The notes beneath the pieces were generated by a model. The model had not been told where the DNA came from. It made no database searches and saw only the letters and a program-made list of their open reading frames with translations. A stretch of DNA of 64,000 nt from Reclinomonas americana ATCC 50394 (lineage: Eukaryota). This document shows, piece by piece, positions 35,879 to 47,129 of the stretch; position 1 is the first letter of the stretch; each line of letters opens with the position of its first letter. The stretch is taken from positions 930,001-994,000 of the forward strand of contig PS015009.1 in NCBI GenBank assembly GCA_048213135.1. Reading direction: 5' to 3'. The translations under genes were made by a program, and so were the position numbers.

Positions 35879-38800
35879 TTAGAGTCCAACATTAAAGCCG
35901 AAAGAAATGGTCCTGATCGTAGGCGAGGTATTATTATCGATACCCAGTTCGCTGATGTTATCAGGATCCGGTCCTTTGTAGCTGGACCATGTCCAGAGGT
36001 TCTGACCCTGTACAAAGAACCTGCAGGATTTGAAGATACCTTTTGTTTTTTCGTCCAGGCGTTTGGCATCGAAATTATAGCTCAGTACAATGTTCTGCAG
36101 CCTCAGGTAATCACCGTCTTCCAGGAAGCGGCCATTGGTCCTGCCGGTCATGTTCACCTGTACGTCACGGCCATACCACAGTTTAGGAACGTTGGTTACT
36201 TGTCCGGGTTTGGTCCAGCGGTCGAGGATTTCGCGGCCGTTGTTCACAAAGCCCTGGCTCAGCAAGGTTTCCTGGCGGGTAAGGTTGTATACTTTATTAC
36301 CACCGCTGTAACGGAACATAACTTCCAGGCCAAAGTTTTTGTATTCAAATGTATTGGTAAATGCACCAAACCAGGTTGGTGTGGTTGAACCCAGGATTTT
36401 TTTATCCGCATCATTCAGTGTAGTCTGAACACCCAGGTTCGGATCATCTTTGCTCAATGCGTAGTAGTAAGAAGCGTTAGCGATGTTCAGCTGAACCAGG
36501 CTTCCGTCGGCTTTGTACCACATCGGGTTACCGTTACCGGAGTTAACACCTGCCCAAACAAAACCGTACAACGCGTTAACGGCTTCACCCTGGCGCAGGA
36601 TATTGAAGGTACCGTTGTTCGGACCTGCAACAGGAATGTCCTGTCCTTTATTCAGTTTGGTGATCTTATTGTTTACTGAAGTGAAGTTGGCATTCACGTT
36701 CCACTTGAAGTCTTTCTTTTGTACCAGGGCCACATTCAGGCTCAGTTCCACACCTTCGTTCTTGGAAGAACCAATGTTCTGGAATGTACCGTTACCGGGA
36801 ACACCATAAGAGTTAGGTGTAGGTACGAAGAAGATCAGGTCATCATTGATATTTTTATACCAGTCACCGGAGAAAGTAACCCTTCCGTTGGCCATGGTCA
36901 GGTCTACACCGATATCGTATTTTTTGTTGGTTTCCCACCTCAGGTCAGGCGTACCCACCGCGTTGATGGCGATACCACCGGTAGACGCGTAAGGAGCTGC
37001 ACCATAAGTAGTGAGGTAGGGGAAGCCACCGGCTACGTTACCCACAATAGCGTAAGAACCCCTGATCTTAACATCGTTGAACAGTTTCCTCATGATAGAG
37101 TTCTGCCAGAATTTTTCCTGGCCGAGCCTCCAGCCGATAGAAGCACCGGGGAAGTTACCGTACCTGTTATTGGGGTTAAGTGCTGTAGTCGCATCACGAC
37201 GAATAGAAAACTGGATAAAGTACCTGCTGTCGTAATCGTAGTTCACCCTTCCGAAATAAGACTGGAAGCCTGTTTTCTGGTAGCCACCGCCTGCGCTCTG
37301 GATAGCGAAGGTGTTGGTGAGGATATTATCCTGCTGGAAGAACAGGTCAGCGATGTTGGAACCCTGTGCCACCACAAATTTGCTTTTGTTACGCTGCATT
37401 TCGGTACCGGCGGTCAGGCCAACGGTATGACGTTTGAAAGTCCTGTTGTAGTTCAGGTAGTTCTGCCAAACATAAATTTCGTTTTGGGTAAAGGTGTTCT
37501 GTACGATACCATTAGAACTGAAACCGTCACCATGACGAGGGTCATAGCTCAGGAAGTCGTAGATCAGCTGGTAGTCAGCAGAAGCCTGTGTCCTGAACTT
37601 CAGTCCTTTTGCAAGGGTCAGTTCCAGGTAAGGCGTAGTGAAGATCCTGTATTTGTCAGAGTTGAATTTGTTTTTGTCCAGTACGAAAGCAATGTTCACG
37701 TAGTTGTTTTCGATGGTCCTGGTGTTGGCGTCCCTGGCCAGGGCGTTACCACCGGGCAGCAGGTTATAACCGGTTGCATGTGCACTGTTGAAAGGCACTA
37801 CGTTCGGCAGGTCACGCAAAGCAGCTGCAACAGCGCCGCTGAGGGCGTTACCACCATTTTGCTGGTCACCATCTTCCTGTTTAGCGATCAGGAGGCTGTT
37901 ACCGAATTTCACGTACTTGTTGATCTCGTGTTCGAAGTTCAGCTTCATACCGTACCTCCTGTTGAAGTTGGTGCGGATGGTACCATCCTGGTCGGAATAG
38001 TTAATGGAAGTATAGAAAGTGGTTTTGTCGTTACCGCCTGAGAAACTCAGGGTGTGGTTCTGAACAAAAGCATTGTCTACGAAAATTTGTTTCTGCCAAT
38101 CGGTGCTGGCACCGTCTGCACGCATGAACGCCTGGTTGGCGCCACCTGCGTTGTTCAGTTTTTCATTGGCAATGGTAACAAATTCCTGGGCGTTCAGCAG
38201 GTCAAACCTTTTGAAGGTGTTGCTGAAACCGAGTGATACGTCGTAGTTAACACGTGTCCTGCCTGATTTACCCCTTTTGGTAGTGATCAGCAATACACCG
38301 TTAGCGGCGCGTGAACCGTAGATGGCTGTAGCGGAACCGTCTTTCAGTACTTCCATGGATTCGATATCGTTGGGGTTGATATCGGCCAGGGCGTTGGAGT
38401 TGGTTACCGCGGCGTTGTTACCGGTAATAACCGGCACACCGTCAACCACCACCAGCGGGTCCCTGCCCAGTGAAATGGAGTTCACACCGCGAACACGGAT
38501 CCTGGCGGGAGCGTTCACCAGGCCGCCGGCTACCGTTACCTGAACACCCGCGGCACGACCGGCCAGCTGCCTGTCGATAGAAGGCGTAACCAGGTTCTTG
38601 AACTCGTCGGTCTGTATCTTACTGTAAGCACCGGTTGCTTTTTTCTTTTGTTGTGTACCATAACCTACGATCACCACCTCTTCCAGGCGGGTATCAACAG
38701 CTTTCAGGGTTACATCAATAACAGCCCTGCTGCCAAGTGCCCTGTTCTGTGTTTCAAAATTTACGTAGGAGAACACCAGCGCTTTCACTGATGCGGGGAT

Positions 38801-38986
38801 GGTAATAGAGTACTTTCCTTCCTTGTTGGTTTGAGTACCTTGTTTTCCGTCCGTACTCGTGACAGAAACGCCTTCAACCGGCGCTCCTTTCTCGTCAGAT
38901 ACCTTACCGGTAATCGTACGGTCCTGAGCAACTGCACTTAGTACGAATACAAATACAGTTGATAGGGTTAAAATCAATTTTCTCAT
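35879..38986 (-). CDS. SusC/RagA-family TonB-dependent receptor
   Basis: VVIVGYGTQ, plug motif DINPNDIESMEVLKDGSATAIYGSRAANGVLLITTK, LRWET, C-terminal FGFNVGL. Confidence 0.95.
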   Translation of the reverse strand: MRKLILTLSTVFVFVLSAVAQDRTITGKVSDEKGAPVEGVSVTSTDGKQGTQTNKEGKYSITIPASVKALVFSYVNFETQNRALGSRAVIDVTLKAVDTRLEEVVIVGYGTQQKKKATGAYSKIQTDEFKNLVTPSIDRQLAGRAAGVQVTVAGGLVNAPARIRVRGVNSISLGRDPLVVVDGVPVITGNNAAVTNSNALADINPNDIESMEVLKDGSATAIYGSRAANGVLLITTKRGKSGRTRVNYDVSLGFSNTFKRFDLLNAQEFVTIANEKLNNAGGANQAFMRADGASTDWQKQIFVDNAFVQNHTLSFSGGNDKTTFYTSINYSDQDGTIRTNFNRRYGMKLNFEHEINKYVKFGNSLLIAKQEDGDQQNGGNALSGAVAAALRDLPNVVPFNSAHATGYNLLPGGNALARDANTRTIENNYVNIAFVLDKNKFNSDKYRIFTTPYLELTLAKGLKFRTQASADYQLIYDFLSYDPRHGDGFSSNGIVQNTFTQNEIYVWQNYLNYNRTFKRHTVGLTAGTEMQRNKSKFVVAQGSNIADLFFQQDNILTNTFAIQSAGGGYQKTGFQSYFGRVNYDYDSRYFIQFSIRRDATTALNPNNRYGNFPGASIGWRLGQEKFWQNSIMRKLFNDVKIRGSYAIVGNVAGGFPYLTTYGAAPYASTGGIAINAVGTPDLRWETNKKYDIGVDLTMANGRVTFSGDWYKNINDDLIFFVPTPNSYGVPGNGTFQNIGSSKNEGVELSLNVALVQKKDFKWNVNANFTSVNNKITKLNKGQDIPVAGPNNGTFNILRQGEAVNALYGFVWAGVNSGNGNPMWYKADGSLVQLNIANASYYYALSKDDPNLGVQTTLNDADKKILGSTTPTWFGAFTNTFEYKNFGLEVMFRYSGGNKVYNLTRQETLLSQGFVNNGREILDRWTKPGQVTNVPKLWYGRDVQVNMTGRTNGRFLEDGDYLRLQNIVLSYNFDAKRLDEKTKGIFKSCRFFVQGQNLWTWSSYKGPDPDNISELGIDNNTSPTIRTISFGFNVGL

Positions 38987-39165
38987 GTGCAATTAGTTTT
39001 ACAGCGACAAATATAAACCACAATACGTGGATTTGTCAAATAACTGGACAATATTATTCTCTCTTTTGCTGCCTCTTCCGGCAGGCCGTATTGTTTTGTC
39101 AGCGCAGATTTCACGAAAAACAGCCCATCCGGGCTGAAAAGGACATATTTTTCTATTTTTTCATG

Positions 39166-41586
39166 TTAAATTTTCGTTTCCTTCGCCTTTGGAGCGGGTG
39201 CAGCAAGGAGTAACAAAACAGGTAATAACACGAGGTTGGTAACGGTTGCCACCAGCAGGGTAACTGAAGTGAGCCACCCCAATGCCTTGGTACCGCCAAA
39301 ATCGCTGATGCAGAAGATCACGAAACCGGCGATCAGTACCAGTGACGTGTATACGATGCTGAGACCGGTATTGCGGATGGTGGCACCCACCGTTTCTTCC
39401 ACGTTACCGTTATAGGAAGGCAGCTCCTGTTTGTAGTTCACCAGGAAGCGGATGGTAATATCGATGGCAATACCCAACGCCACGCTGAAAACCAGTACCG
39501 ATGAGGGTTTGATGGCCACACCGGCCCACCCCATAATGCCGGCCGTGATCACCAGCGGGATAAGATTGGGTATTAACGAACACCATAGGATACGCATGGA
39601 ACGGAACAGGTACAGCATACAAAGTGAAATAAGCAGGAAGGCCCAGAGGATACTTTCCTTCAATCCATTGATAATAAACCGGCTACCTTCCAAAAAGGTA
39701 GAGCTGGTACCGGTAACCGTTACTTTATAAGGTGCATTGAGGGTATCCTTAACCGTAAGGCTGTCTACCCCGTTCAGTATCCGGTTGGCATTCTGTTGTA
39801 TGCTGTCGATAACCGGGTTCAGCTGGCGGGTACCCACATCGGCCATACTCATACTGATGCGCAGGTATTGTTCCGAAGAATCGATGAAGGCGCCGATAAG
39901 TTTGAGCATGGCGGTATCTTTGGCCGTCATTTCTCCCGTTTCCTTTTTTAAATTAATCTCTCTCAGCGACTTATGCAGTTCCACCAGCGGGTTACCCAGG
40001 CTGGGCAATACAAAGGTGGAGTCGCCGCGGCCACCGCTGAGGCCCTGGTAACTGAACTTAATCCCATCCACCACGGAAAGCGGCTGGGCGATATCAGGTT
40101 GTTTTGACAGGAAGGAATCCTGGAAATAAGCGATGCGGTTCAGGTCTACCGACGAGCGCAGTATGCCCTTGGGTTTGCGGGTATCGAGTACGATCTCAAG
40201 CGGCATCACGCCTTTGAAATGATGTTCAAAAAATTTCAGGTCGGTGTAGATCTTATCGGTTTTGGGCAGGTCATCGACAATGTAAGCCACCGTTTTCAGT
40301 TTGAATATACCAATGCCGGAAACGATAAGAACGACAGCTGTAGCGCCAAACACGGTTTTTTTATGGTTGATCACCCACCGCTCAATACGCAGCAGCAGGT
40401 TGGTCACATACTTATTATTAAGGTACTTCGTTTGTGCGGCACCGGGAGCCCTCAGGTAACTCAGCGCCGACGGCAGCAGGATAAAGGAGATCACGAATAT
40501 CATCATGATGCTGATGCCGGCCACCACGCCAAACTCTTTCAATATAGCGCTGCGGGTAAGGGCGAAAACGGCAAAGCCAATGGCGGCGGTAATATTACAG
40601 AACAGGGTTACCACGCCCATTTTGCTCACCATATCCACCAGGGCATTGTGTTTGCGTTCTTTGGGTGAGGCGGAATCGGCCCCGTGCAGGTAAGAGCTGT
40701 GGTATTTATTGATGAAATAAATACAGTTGGGCACACCTATCACCACTACCAGTGGCGGCGTTAACGCGGTAAGCAGCGTGATCTGGTAACCACACAGGTA
40801 TAAAATGCCAACGCTCCATATCACCCCCAGTACCACCACCAGCAACGACAACATGGCCGTACTGAATGAACGGAAAAAAAGCAGCAATATAAAGGCGCTG
40901 AGCAACAGCGAACCGATGAGGAAGAATTTCATCTCCTGCTGTATCCTGTCGGCCACCACGGTGCGGATCAGGGGCAGGCCGCTGAGGTGGGTCTCCAGCC
41001 CGGCAGCCACGCCAAACTCGTCCACAGCCGCGGTAATGTCTTTTACAATTTTGGTACGCTTGGGCGAGTTCAGCGAATCTTTGTTGATGCGAACCCCCAT
41101 GAGGTAAGCGCCGGTTTGCGGGTTGTACAGTCGTCCTTTGTAAAAGGGCAATCCAAGAAAATTATCTTTTGCCGCATCCAGCAATGCCTGGTCATTCAGC
41201 GTATCTGGGAATATTTTTACGGTGTTGAGTTTGCCGGTGGTACTGTCCTTTTCCAGGCTGATGGCGGATGGTATGGCCAGGATGTCCTGCACATCGCTCA
41301 CTTTTTTTATTCTTTGCTGCATCCGCTGGTAGGCGTTGTACACGGGCAGGGTGAAGAACTTGTCAGTCTGGATGCCAATCACCAGCGTATTGCCATCGTC
41401 GCCAAAACGGTTACGGAAATCTACATAATCTTTATGCTTGGGATTATTGGTGGGAATGGCACGGGCAAATTCATAACTCAGTTTTACTTTACTCGCAAAG
41501 TAGCCCATTACACCCGTTACCAGGAATAAGATAATGAGCAGTACGAGACGATTTTTAAGGACGAACCTGCCTAAACTTTGCCACAT
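39166..41586 (-). CDS. MMPL/RND-family membrane transporter
   Basis: Two repeats of 1 TM + large loop + 5 TMs; ALGIAID and AAIGF motifs. Confidence 0.85.
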   Translation of the reverse strand: MWQSLGRFVLKNRLVLLIILFLVTGVMGYFASKVKLSYEFARAIPTNNPKHKDYVDFRNRFGDDGNTLVIGIQTDKFFTLPVYNAYQRMQQRIKKVSDVQDILAIPSAISLEKDSTTGKLNTVKIFPDTLNDQALLDAAKDNFLGLPFYKGRLYNPQTGAYLMGVRINKDSLNSPKRTKIVKDITAAVDEFGVAAGLETHLSGLPLIRTVVADRIQQEMKFFLIGSLLLSAFILLLFFRSFSTAMLSLLVVVLGVIWSVGILYLCGYQITLLTALTPPLVVVIGVPNCIYFINKYHSSYLHGADSASPKERKHNALVDMVSKMGVVTLFCNITAAIGFAVFALTRSAILKEFGVVAGISIMMIFVISFILLPSALSYLRAPGAAQTKYLNNKYVTNLLLRIERWVINHKKTVFGATAVVLIVSGIGIFKLKTVAYIVDDLPKTDKIYTDLKFFEHHFKGVMPLEIVLDTRKPKGILRSSVDLNRIAYFQDSFLSKQPDIAQPLSVVDGIKFSYQGLSGGRGDSTFVLPSLGNPLVELHKSLREINLKKETGEMTAKDTAMLKLIGAFIDSSEQYLRISMSMADVGTRQLNPVIDSIQQNANRILNGVDSLTVKDTLNAPYKVTVTGTSSTFLEGSRFIINGLKESILWAFLLISLCMLYLFRSMRILWCSLIPNLIPLVITAGIMGWAGVAIKPSSVLVFSVALGIAIDITIRFLVNYKQELPSYNGNVEETVGATIRNTGLSIVYTSLVLIAGFVIFCISDFGGTKALGWLTSVTLLVATVTNLVLLPVLLLLAAPAPKAKETKI

Positions 41587-41831
41587 GCGGATGAGTTGAT
41601 TGGGTTAAAATGTATCCGGCTGCAAAAGTAATGCCTTTACGGCTGAATGAAAGAATTAAGCCCCCGGGAACATATACCAGTCCGAAAATAGAAGGGATGC
41701 CCGCAAAGCCGTTAAGGTTTTTAGAATTATAATAACTGGTTACTACCAGGGACTGGTTCTTTTCGTCTTAGCGGGAAAAAGCCAACCACTACGGAACCAA
41801 AAGGTAGCTCTTTCCTTAATTTTGGGCTGTT

Positions 41832-42578
41832 ATGACGCACAAAACCAAAGGCATTGTTCTGCGCACGGTGAAATATGGTGAAACCAGTATGGTGGTGACC
41901 ATTTTTACGGAGCTCTTTGGCGTGCAGACCTACATGGTGAACGGCGTACGCAGTTCGGGGAAAAGGGCCGCGGGCAAGGCCAACCTGCTGCAGCCCACTG
42001 CCATATTGGAGCTGGTGGTGTATCACAGCGAGAATAAATCCATGCAACGGATTAAGGAATTTGCCTGGTCCACCATCTACCGTGAAGTGCTGAGCAATGT
42101 GGTCAAAAACAGCATCGCTCTTTATATGGCGGAACTGCTGTACAAATGCCTGAAACAACCCGAATCCAATCCCGATCTGTTTCATTTCTGCGAAGCGTCT
42201 TTACAGCAACTCGATGAGGCAGGAAAAGTGGTCACCGCCAATCTCCCGCTTTTTTTCACCCTGCACCTGGCCCATTTTTTTGGCTTCAGGATGACGGACA
42301 ATTACAACAGCAACAACACGATCCTTGACCTGGAAGACGGCTATTTTACCGATGCTCGCCCTCCTCACCCTCATTTTATCGAAGGCGAAGAAGCAGCGAT
42401 CACCGCCCACCTGCTGAAAGTAATGATGCCTTCGGAACTGGAAGACCTGCCCGCCCATTTTCACCTCAATGGCGAAACAAGAAGACGGTTACTGTTGCAA
42501 TACCTCCAATTTTACGGGTTACACATCCAGGAGTTCGGTCAAATGAAGACGCTGCTGGTGTTGCACGAAGTATTATAG
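41832..42578 (+). CDS. recO: DNA repair protein RecO
   Basis: KTKGIVLRTVKYGETSMVVTIFTELFG OB-fold start; TAATTTTG box at 41817-41824. Confidence 0.92.
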   Translation: MTHKTKGIVLRTVKYGETSMVVTIFTELFGVQTYMVNGVRSSGKRAAGKANLLQPTAILELVVYHSENKSMQRIKEFAWSTIYREVLSNVVKNSIALYMAELLYKCLKQPESNPDLFHFCEASLQQLDEAGKVVTANLPLFFTLHLAHFFGFRMTDNYNSNNTILDLEDGYFTDARPPHPHFIEGEEAAITAHLLKVMMPSELEDLPAHFHLNGETRRRLLLQYLQFYGLHIQEFGQMKTLLVLHEVL

Positions 42579-42580
42579 TT

Positions 42581-43765
42581 TTACAGTATCCTTTTTGCAG
42601 CGGATGTTTTCGTAGTATGCCCTTCATGAATATTGCCGATCAAAACAACGCCCGGTTTCTTACCTGCTTCAAAACTTCCCAGCTCATCATCCATGCCCAG
42701 CGCCCTTGCGCCGTTAAGCGTTGCCCAGCCCAGTATTTCGGCAAGGGGTATACGAAAAGTGAATTGGGCATCCAGCGTTTTGATCTCTTCCAGCATATTC
42801 AGCTGCCAGTTGCTGGCATAACTGTCGGTGCCGATCACCAGCTGGCAACCCTGCTTCCTGAACAACTCTACCGGCGGATCGCGTTGTTCAATATACTGAT
42901 TGGCATTGATACAAAGACAGAAGAAAAGCGATGACGGGTCTTTTTCTTTTACCACCCATTCCAGGTCTTCTTTACTGGTAAACGTGTTGTGCACCAGTAG
43001 CAGCTTTTGATCGTTGGTAAAATAGGGAAGCCAGCTTTGAAGGCTTGTTAATGCCGTAGGTTCAAAACTGCTGATGTCGATACCGAAGTTGGCATACAGG
43101 TCAAGAAACTCTCCCTGTTTATAGCGGTACAATTCATTTTCCGCCACGGCTTCCTGGTTATGAACAGACAGCAGTTGCCCTGGCGTGTTCTCGTTGATCA
43201 GCCTGAACAGGGTTTTGGAAACAGAATAAGGCGCATGCGGACTGAGGGTACTGTTGCCCATCCCTGCATTCATAAAAGCCGATTGTACTTCCTTCGATTG
43301 CTGCAGTCTTTTTTCAGCTGCGGCATCCACAAAACCGGTCACTTCTATAAAATTATGCCAGCGGATACCGCTTGTTTGTTTTACAGGGAGCGTATCGGCT
43401 GTATTGCAGATGTCGCCCACGGCTACAGTCCCCGACTGGTACAACTCCTGTTCCGCCTGCAGCATAGCCTCCTGCTGTAACGCTGCCGAAGAAGGGCCTC
43501 TCTTACTCATCACCTGCTGTACAAAGTTCACCAGCCCTGACCCCGGGGCAATGGCCCCTTTCATATGGCTCAGCTCCAGGTGGCAATGGGCGTTGATGAA
43601 ACCCGGGCAAAGCAGTCCTGGAAGACGATGTACAGCGTCTCCCGCTTCGCTAATGTCGGTTATGGTGGCGATGGTGCCGTCCTCGTTACATACCAGCACT
43701 TTACCCGCCGGGAGCAGCTCATGCCCGGTAAACAGGTGATCCGCTGCAAATTTGAGATAGGCCAT
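42581..43765 (-). CDS. Amidohydrolase-family metalloenzyme
   Basis: PGFINAHCHLELSH, SPHAPYS, IGTDS and ATLNGARALG motifs. Confidence 0.88.
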   Translation of the reverse strand: MAYLKFAADHLFTGHELLPAGKVLVCNEDGTIATITDISEAGDAVHRLPGLLCPGFINAHCHLELSHMKGAIAPGSGLVNFVQQVMSKRGPSSAALQQEAMLQAEQELYQSGTVAVGDICNTADTLPVKQTSGIRWHNFIEVTGFVDAAAEKRLQQSKEVQSAFMNAGMGNSTLSPHAPYSVSKTLFRLINENTPGQLLSVHNQEAVAENELYRYKQGEFLDLYANFGIDISSFEPTALTSLQSWLPYFTNDQKLLLVHNTFTSKEDLEWVVKEKDPSSLFFCLCINANQYIEQRDPPVELFRKQGCQLVIGTDSYASNWQLNMLEEIKTLDAQFTFRIPLAEILGWATLNGARALGMDDELGSFEAGKKPGVVLIGNIHEGHTTKTSAAKRIL

Positions 43766-43953
43766 ACTGTAAAATTGAATAAAGCGGCTTAAAAACCCAA
43801 AACCATTTCAATCCATCCAATCTTCATGCCCCGATTATAGTGATAATGGTCCATTGTCACATTTTCAAATTGTCACATTTTCAAATCGTGCTATTGGCAT
43901 AACTTTGTGCCCCCTCACCCGGAGCCGGTCCGGTGTCAAACAGGGAAATCATT

Positions 43954-45018
43954 ATGTTAGATAAACTGGAAGCCATAAAAGCCAGGTTCGATGAGCTGGG
44001 CGTTGCACTCACCAATCCCGAAATTGTAAGTGACAATAAGAAATTCGGTGCCCTCAGCAAAGAATACCGCAGCCTCGAAAAGATCGTACAGGCCCGCGAC
44101 GCCTATGTGCGCCTGCTCGATGATATTGAATTCAACAAAGAAGTGCTGAACGGCGATGATGAGGAGATGCGTGACCTGGCCAAGATGGAATTACCGGCGC
44201 TGGAAGAAAAAAAGACCGAATCGGAAGCCTCCCTGCGCAATATGCTTATCCCTAAAGACCCGCAGGATGATAAAAATGCCATTCTTGAAATACGTGCCGG
44301 TACCGGCGGCGATGAAGCCTCTCTTTTTGCCGGCGACCTGCTGCGCATGTACCTGAAATACTGTGAACGCAGGGGCTGGAAAACGGCTGTACTCAGCGAA
44401 AGTGAAGGTACCGTGGGTGGTTACAAGGAAGTGCAGGTAGAAGTGGTGGGCGACGATGTGTACGGCATCCTCAAATTTGAAAGTGGTGTACACCGGGTAC
44501 AACGCGTACCCGATACCGAGGCCAGTGGCCGCGTACATACCAGTGCCGCTACGGTGGCCGTAATGCCCGAAGCCGAAGAAGTGGATTTTGAACTGAAGGA
44601 AAGCGATGTGAAGATGGAAACGGCGAGGAGCGGTGGCGCAGGCGGACAGAATGTGAACAAGGTAGAAACGAAAGTATTCCTCACCCATATACCCACCGGC
44701 GTAGTGGTGGTGTGCCAGACAGAACGCAGCCAGCTGGGCAACCGCGAAAAAGCGATGCAGATGCTGCGTACCAAACTGTACGAAGAGCAGGTGCGCAAGC
44801 AGGAAGAAGAGATTGCCCGCCAGCGCAAAAGCCTGGTAAGTACCGGCGACCGCAGCGCCAAAATACGTACTTACAATTTCCCGCAGGGCCGCGTTACCGA
44901 TCACCGGATCGGGCTTACGGCCTACAACCTCGACGCCGTTCTCAATGGCGAGATACAGGAGTTCATCGACGCCCTGCAATTTGCGGAGAACGCCGAAAAA
45001 ATGACCATGTCGAACTAA
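43954..45018 (+). CDS. prfA: Peptide chain release factor 1
   Basis: PxT motif (VPDTE), GGQ and [14 protein letters not shown]; no internal frameshift; TAACTTTG at 43900-43907. Confidence 0.96.
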   Translation: MLDKLEAIKARFDELGVALTNPEIVSDNKKFGALSKEYRSLEKIVQARDAYVRLLDDIEFNKEVLNGDDEEMRDLAKMELPALEEKKTESEASLRNMLIPKDPQDDKNAILEIRAGTGGDEASLFAGDLLRMYLKYCERRGWKTAVLSESEGTVGGYKEVQVEVVGDDVYGILKFESGVHRVQRVPDTEASGRVHTSAATVAVMPEAEEVDFELKESDVKMETARSGGAGGQNVNKVETKVFLTHIPTGVVVVCQTERSQLGNREKAMQMLRTKLYEEQVRKQEEEIARQRKSLVSTGDRSAKIRTYNFPQGRVTDHRIGLTAYNLDAVLNGEIQEFIDALQFAENAEKMTMSN

Positions 45019-45083
45019 GTTTTGTTAACAGTAAAAAGAATTACTTTTTTACTGTTACATTAGCCGCCTAAAAAAGAATAAAT

Positions 45084-45713
45084 ATGTTAGAAGAACTGTT
45101 TAATCTCGTTAAAGGCGCTGCCGGCGAGTCTGTGATCAATAACCCCGATGTTCCCAACGAACAGAATAATGAAGTAGTGGCAGAAGCCACCAACACCGTG
45201 GCATCCGGCCTGCGCAATATGGTAGCCGGCGGAGGCCTGGAAAGCATTCTCTCCCTTTTTGGCGGAAACAGCAACCAGCAGAGCGGCGGTAAAGGCCTGT
45301 TAAGCAACCCCATCGTAAACATGATGATCGGTCATTTTGCCGGCAAACTGATGAGTAAGTTCAACCTGGGCACCAACCAGGCCAACAGTGTTGCCAATAA
45401 CCTGATCCCGAATGTGATCGGTAACCTCATCAGCAAAACCAACGATCCCAATAACAGCTCTTTTTCACTGGAAGGACTGCTGAACTCCATTACCGGCGGA
45501 CAAAGTCAGCAGGTAGCAGAGCAGCAACAGGAAAGCGGCAACTCCGGCTTCAACTTTCAGGACCTCATCGGCCAGTTCACCGGCGGCGGTGGCAGCAATG
45601 GTGGTGGCGGGTTAATGGATATTGTATCCCAACTGGCTGGCGGTGCCCAGGGCCAGCAACAGCGCAATGGCGGTGCCGGGCTGATGGATATGATCAAGGG
45701 CTTTATAAAATAA
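45084..45713 (+). CDS. Gly/Asn/Gln-rich hypothetical protein (DUF937-like)
   Basis: Long ORF with host-like codon use and GGG/GLMD repeats. Confidence 0.7.
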   Translation: MLEELFNLVKGAAGESVINNPDVPNEQNNEVVAEATNTVASGLRNMVAGGGLESILSLFGGNSNQQSGGKGLLSNPIVNMMIGHFAGKLMSKFNLGTNQANSVANNLIPNVIGNLISKTNDPNNSSFSLEGLLNSITGGQSQQVAEQQQESGNSGFNFQDLIGQFTGGGGSNGGGGLMDIVSQLAGGAQGQQQRNGGAGLMDMIKGFIK

Positions 45714-45808
45714 TAAGCGTATCAATATAAAAAGGAAGAATGGAGACATCTCCTGTCTTTATTCTTCCTTTTTCGTTCCTGTATTTTTTCGCTCTTTCAT
45801 TCCTTCCT

Positions 45809-46678
45809 TCACTCCTTCATTAATTCCAGTTTCACTTTTCTTTTTATACTTACAGGCATCTCCACGGCATAGGTGGTTAAGTCTTTCGTTGAATTGTACC
45901 GCATCCGCAGGGCCAGTTCATTGGTCATCTCTGCTTCCAGCAAGCGACCTGTTCTTTTATCAATCTTACTGTCGATGATGAAACTTTCCACGCCCCAAAA
46001 CAGGTTCACTTTATCGCCTGCACCTTTTTGTATCATCTGGAAATTATTCGGAACAGTACCCGTTACTGTACGGATGCTGTCTATAAGCGGCTCCAGGCAG
46101 AACGTGGCAGGCGGAAGAAAAGAAGTGCGTACCTCCGCATAATCTTTTTCATCTTTAAGCAACTGCTGCGTTACTTCTATGCAATCAGTTCCCGTCAGTA
46201 TCAACACCCCATCAGCAAAATTGCCCTGGCGTAATCCTTCATTCTTTAGCTGTGTTTGCGTTGCGGAAAGTTGTTGCGCCTTCAGTGCCGGGGCAATGGC
46301 CACGAGGAAAGTGTTCAGGTCGGTGATCTCTCCTGTCATGGCCGGGAAGTCAAGCTTGGGCAACGGCACATTCCCTTTGGGCGACAGCGACACCCGGTAA
46401 GGTTTTACCCTGGCGGTGATGCTGTCCAGTGTGGCAGTAACACTATCTCCTGAATAGTTTGTCTTCCCCAGCCAGCGTATCTCTTCGCTCCAAACACCTT
46501 TGTGTTTTATTACCCTGTGTTTCGAAACAGCAACCGACTTACCGCTGGGTTGCCCGTTGCGGTAACTTTCCGTGCTGATGCGATATTTCAGTACCTCTCC
46601 TTTCTTGTAATGCCGGTAAGGCACCGTTTGAGAGAAACAGGTGAAGGGCAGCAGGCAGGTGATCAGTATTTTCAGCAT
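45809..46678 (-). CDS. Secreted hypothetical protein
   Basis: 289-aa ORF with a signal peptide, co-oriented with its neighbours. Confidence 0.7.
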   Translation of the reverse strand: MLKILITCLLPFTCFSQTVPYRHYKKGEVLKYRISTESYRNGQPSGKSVAVSKHRVIKHKGVWSEEIRWLGKTNYSGDSVTATLDSITARVKPYRVSLSPKGNVPLPKLDFPAMTGEITDLNTFLVAIAPALKAQQLSATQTQLKNEGLRQGNFADGVLILTGTDCIEVTQQLLKDEKDYAEVRTSFLPPATFCLEPLIDSIRTVTGTVPNNFQMIQKGAGDKVNLFWGVESFIIDSKIDKRTGRLLEAEMTNELALRMRYNSTKDLTTYAVEMPVSIKRKVKLELMKE

Positions 46679-46696
46679 GTCGGTAGTGTTCTGGAT

Positions 46697-47089
46697 TTAT
46701 ACCGTGGGTACTTTTTCCTCAAGCATACAATTCCCGTTCTTATCATAATAAGTACAGGTCATGGCTTCTATATCCACGATCCATTTTTCAACACCCGTAA
46801 TGGCCGAATGGTTACAAAATTCAGGATAGGTCGATCCTCCCTGCTGGTGCAGTTTCAGGTAATGGGTGAACTGTGCCGCGTCGCTGGTATCGGCAACCTC
46901 AAGCGTGTCATATTTGGCATCCGAAGAAATGGTAAAGCCGTCGCTGCCGTAATAATCTGTATGACCGTCGTTTACATACGTATGATAGGAAAGAATTCCC
47001 AGCCCGGTCAGTTCCTGTATGTATTTGGGAAAATCGGCACCGCTCTTTACTTTGGCGTGCGCTGTTTTGATCTGTTGAATGCTGAACAT
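46697..47089 (-). CDS. DUF1398-family protein
   Basis: HAKVKSGADFPKYIQEL..LG..HQQG...GVEKW.VD...MTCTYYD pattern. Confidence 0.8.
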   Translation of the reverse strand: MFSIQQIKTAHAKVKSGADFPKYIQELTGLGILSYHTYVNDGHTDYYGSDGFTISSDAKYDTLEVADTSDAAQFTHYLKLHQQGGSTYPEFCNHSAITGVEKWIVDIEAMTCTYYDKNGNCMLEEKVPTV

Positions 47090-47129
47090 ATATATGCAAA
47101 TTGATAGTTAAATGAGGAGTGATCGAGGA

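Noticed and set aside
36719-38041. Long antisense ORFs (e.g. 440 aa opposite susC, 415 aa opposite carB)
   Set aside because: They fully overlap well-supported genes on the other strand and have no motifs; this is expected from codon bias.
43954-45018. prfB with a programmed frameshift
   Set aside because: The PxT motif and uninterrupted frame identify RF1.
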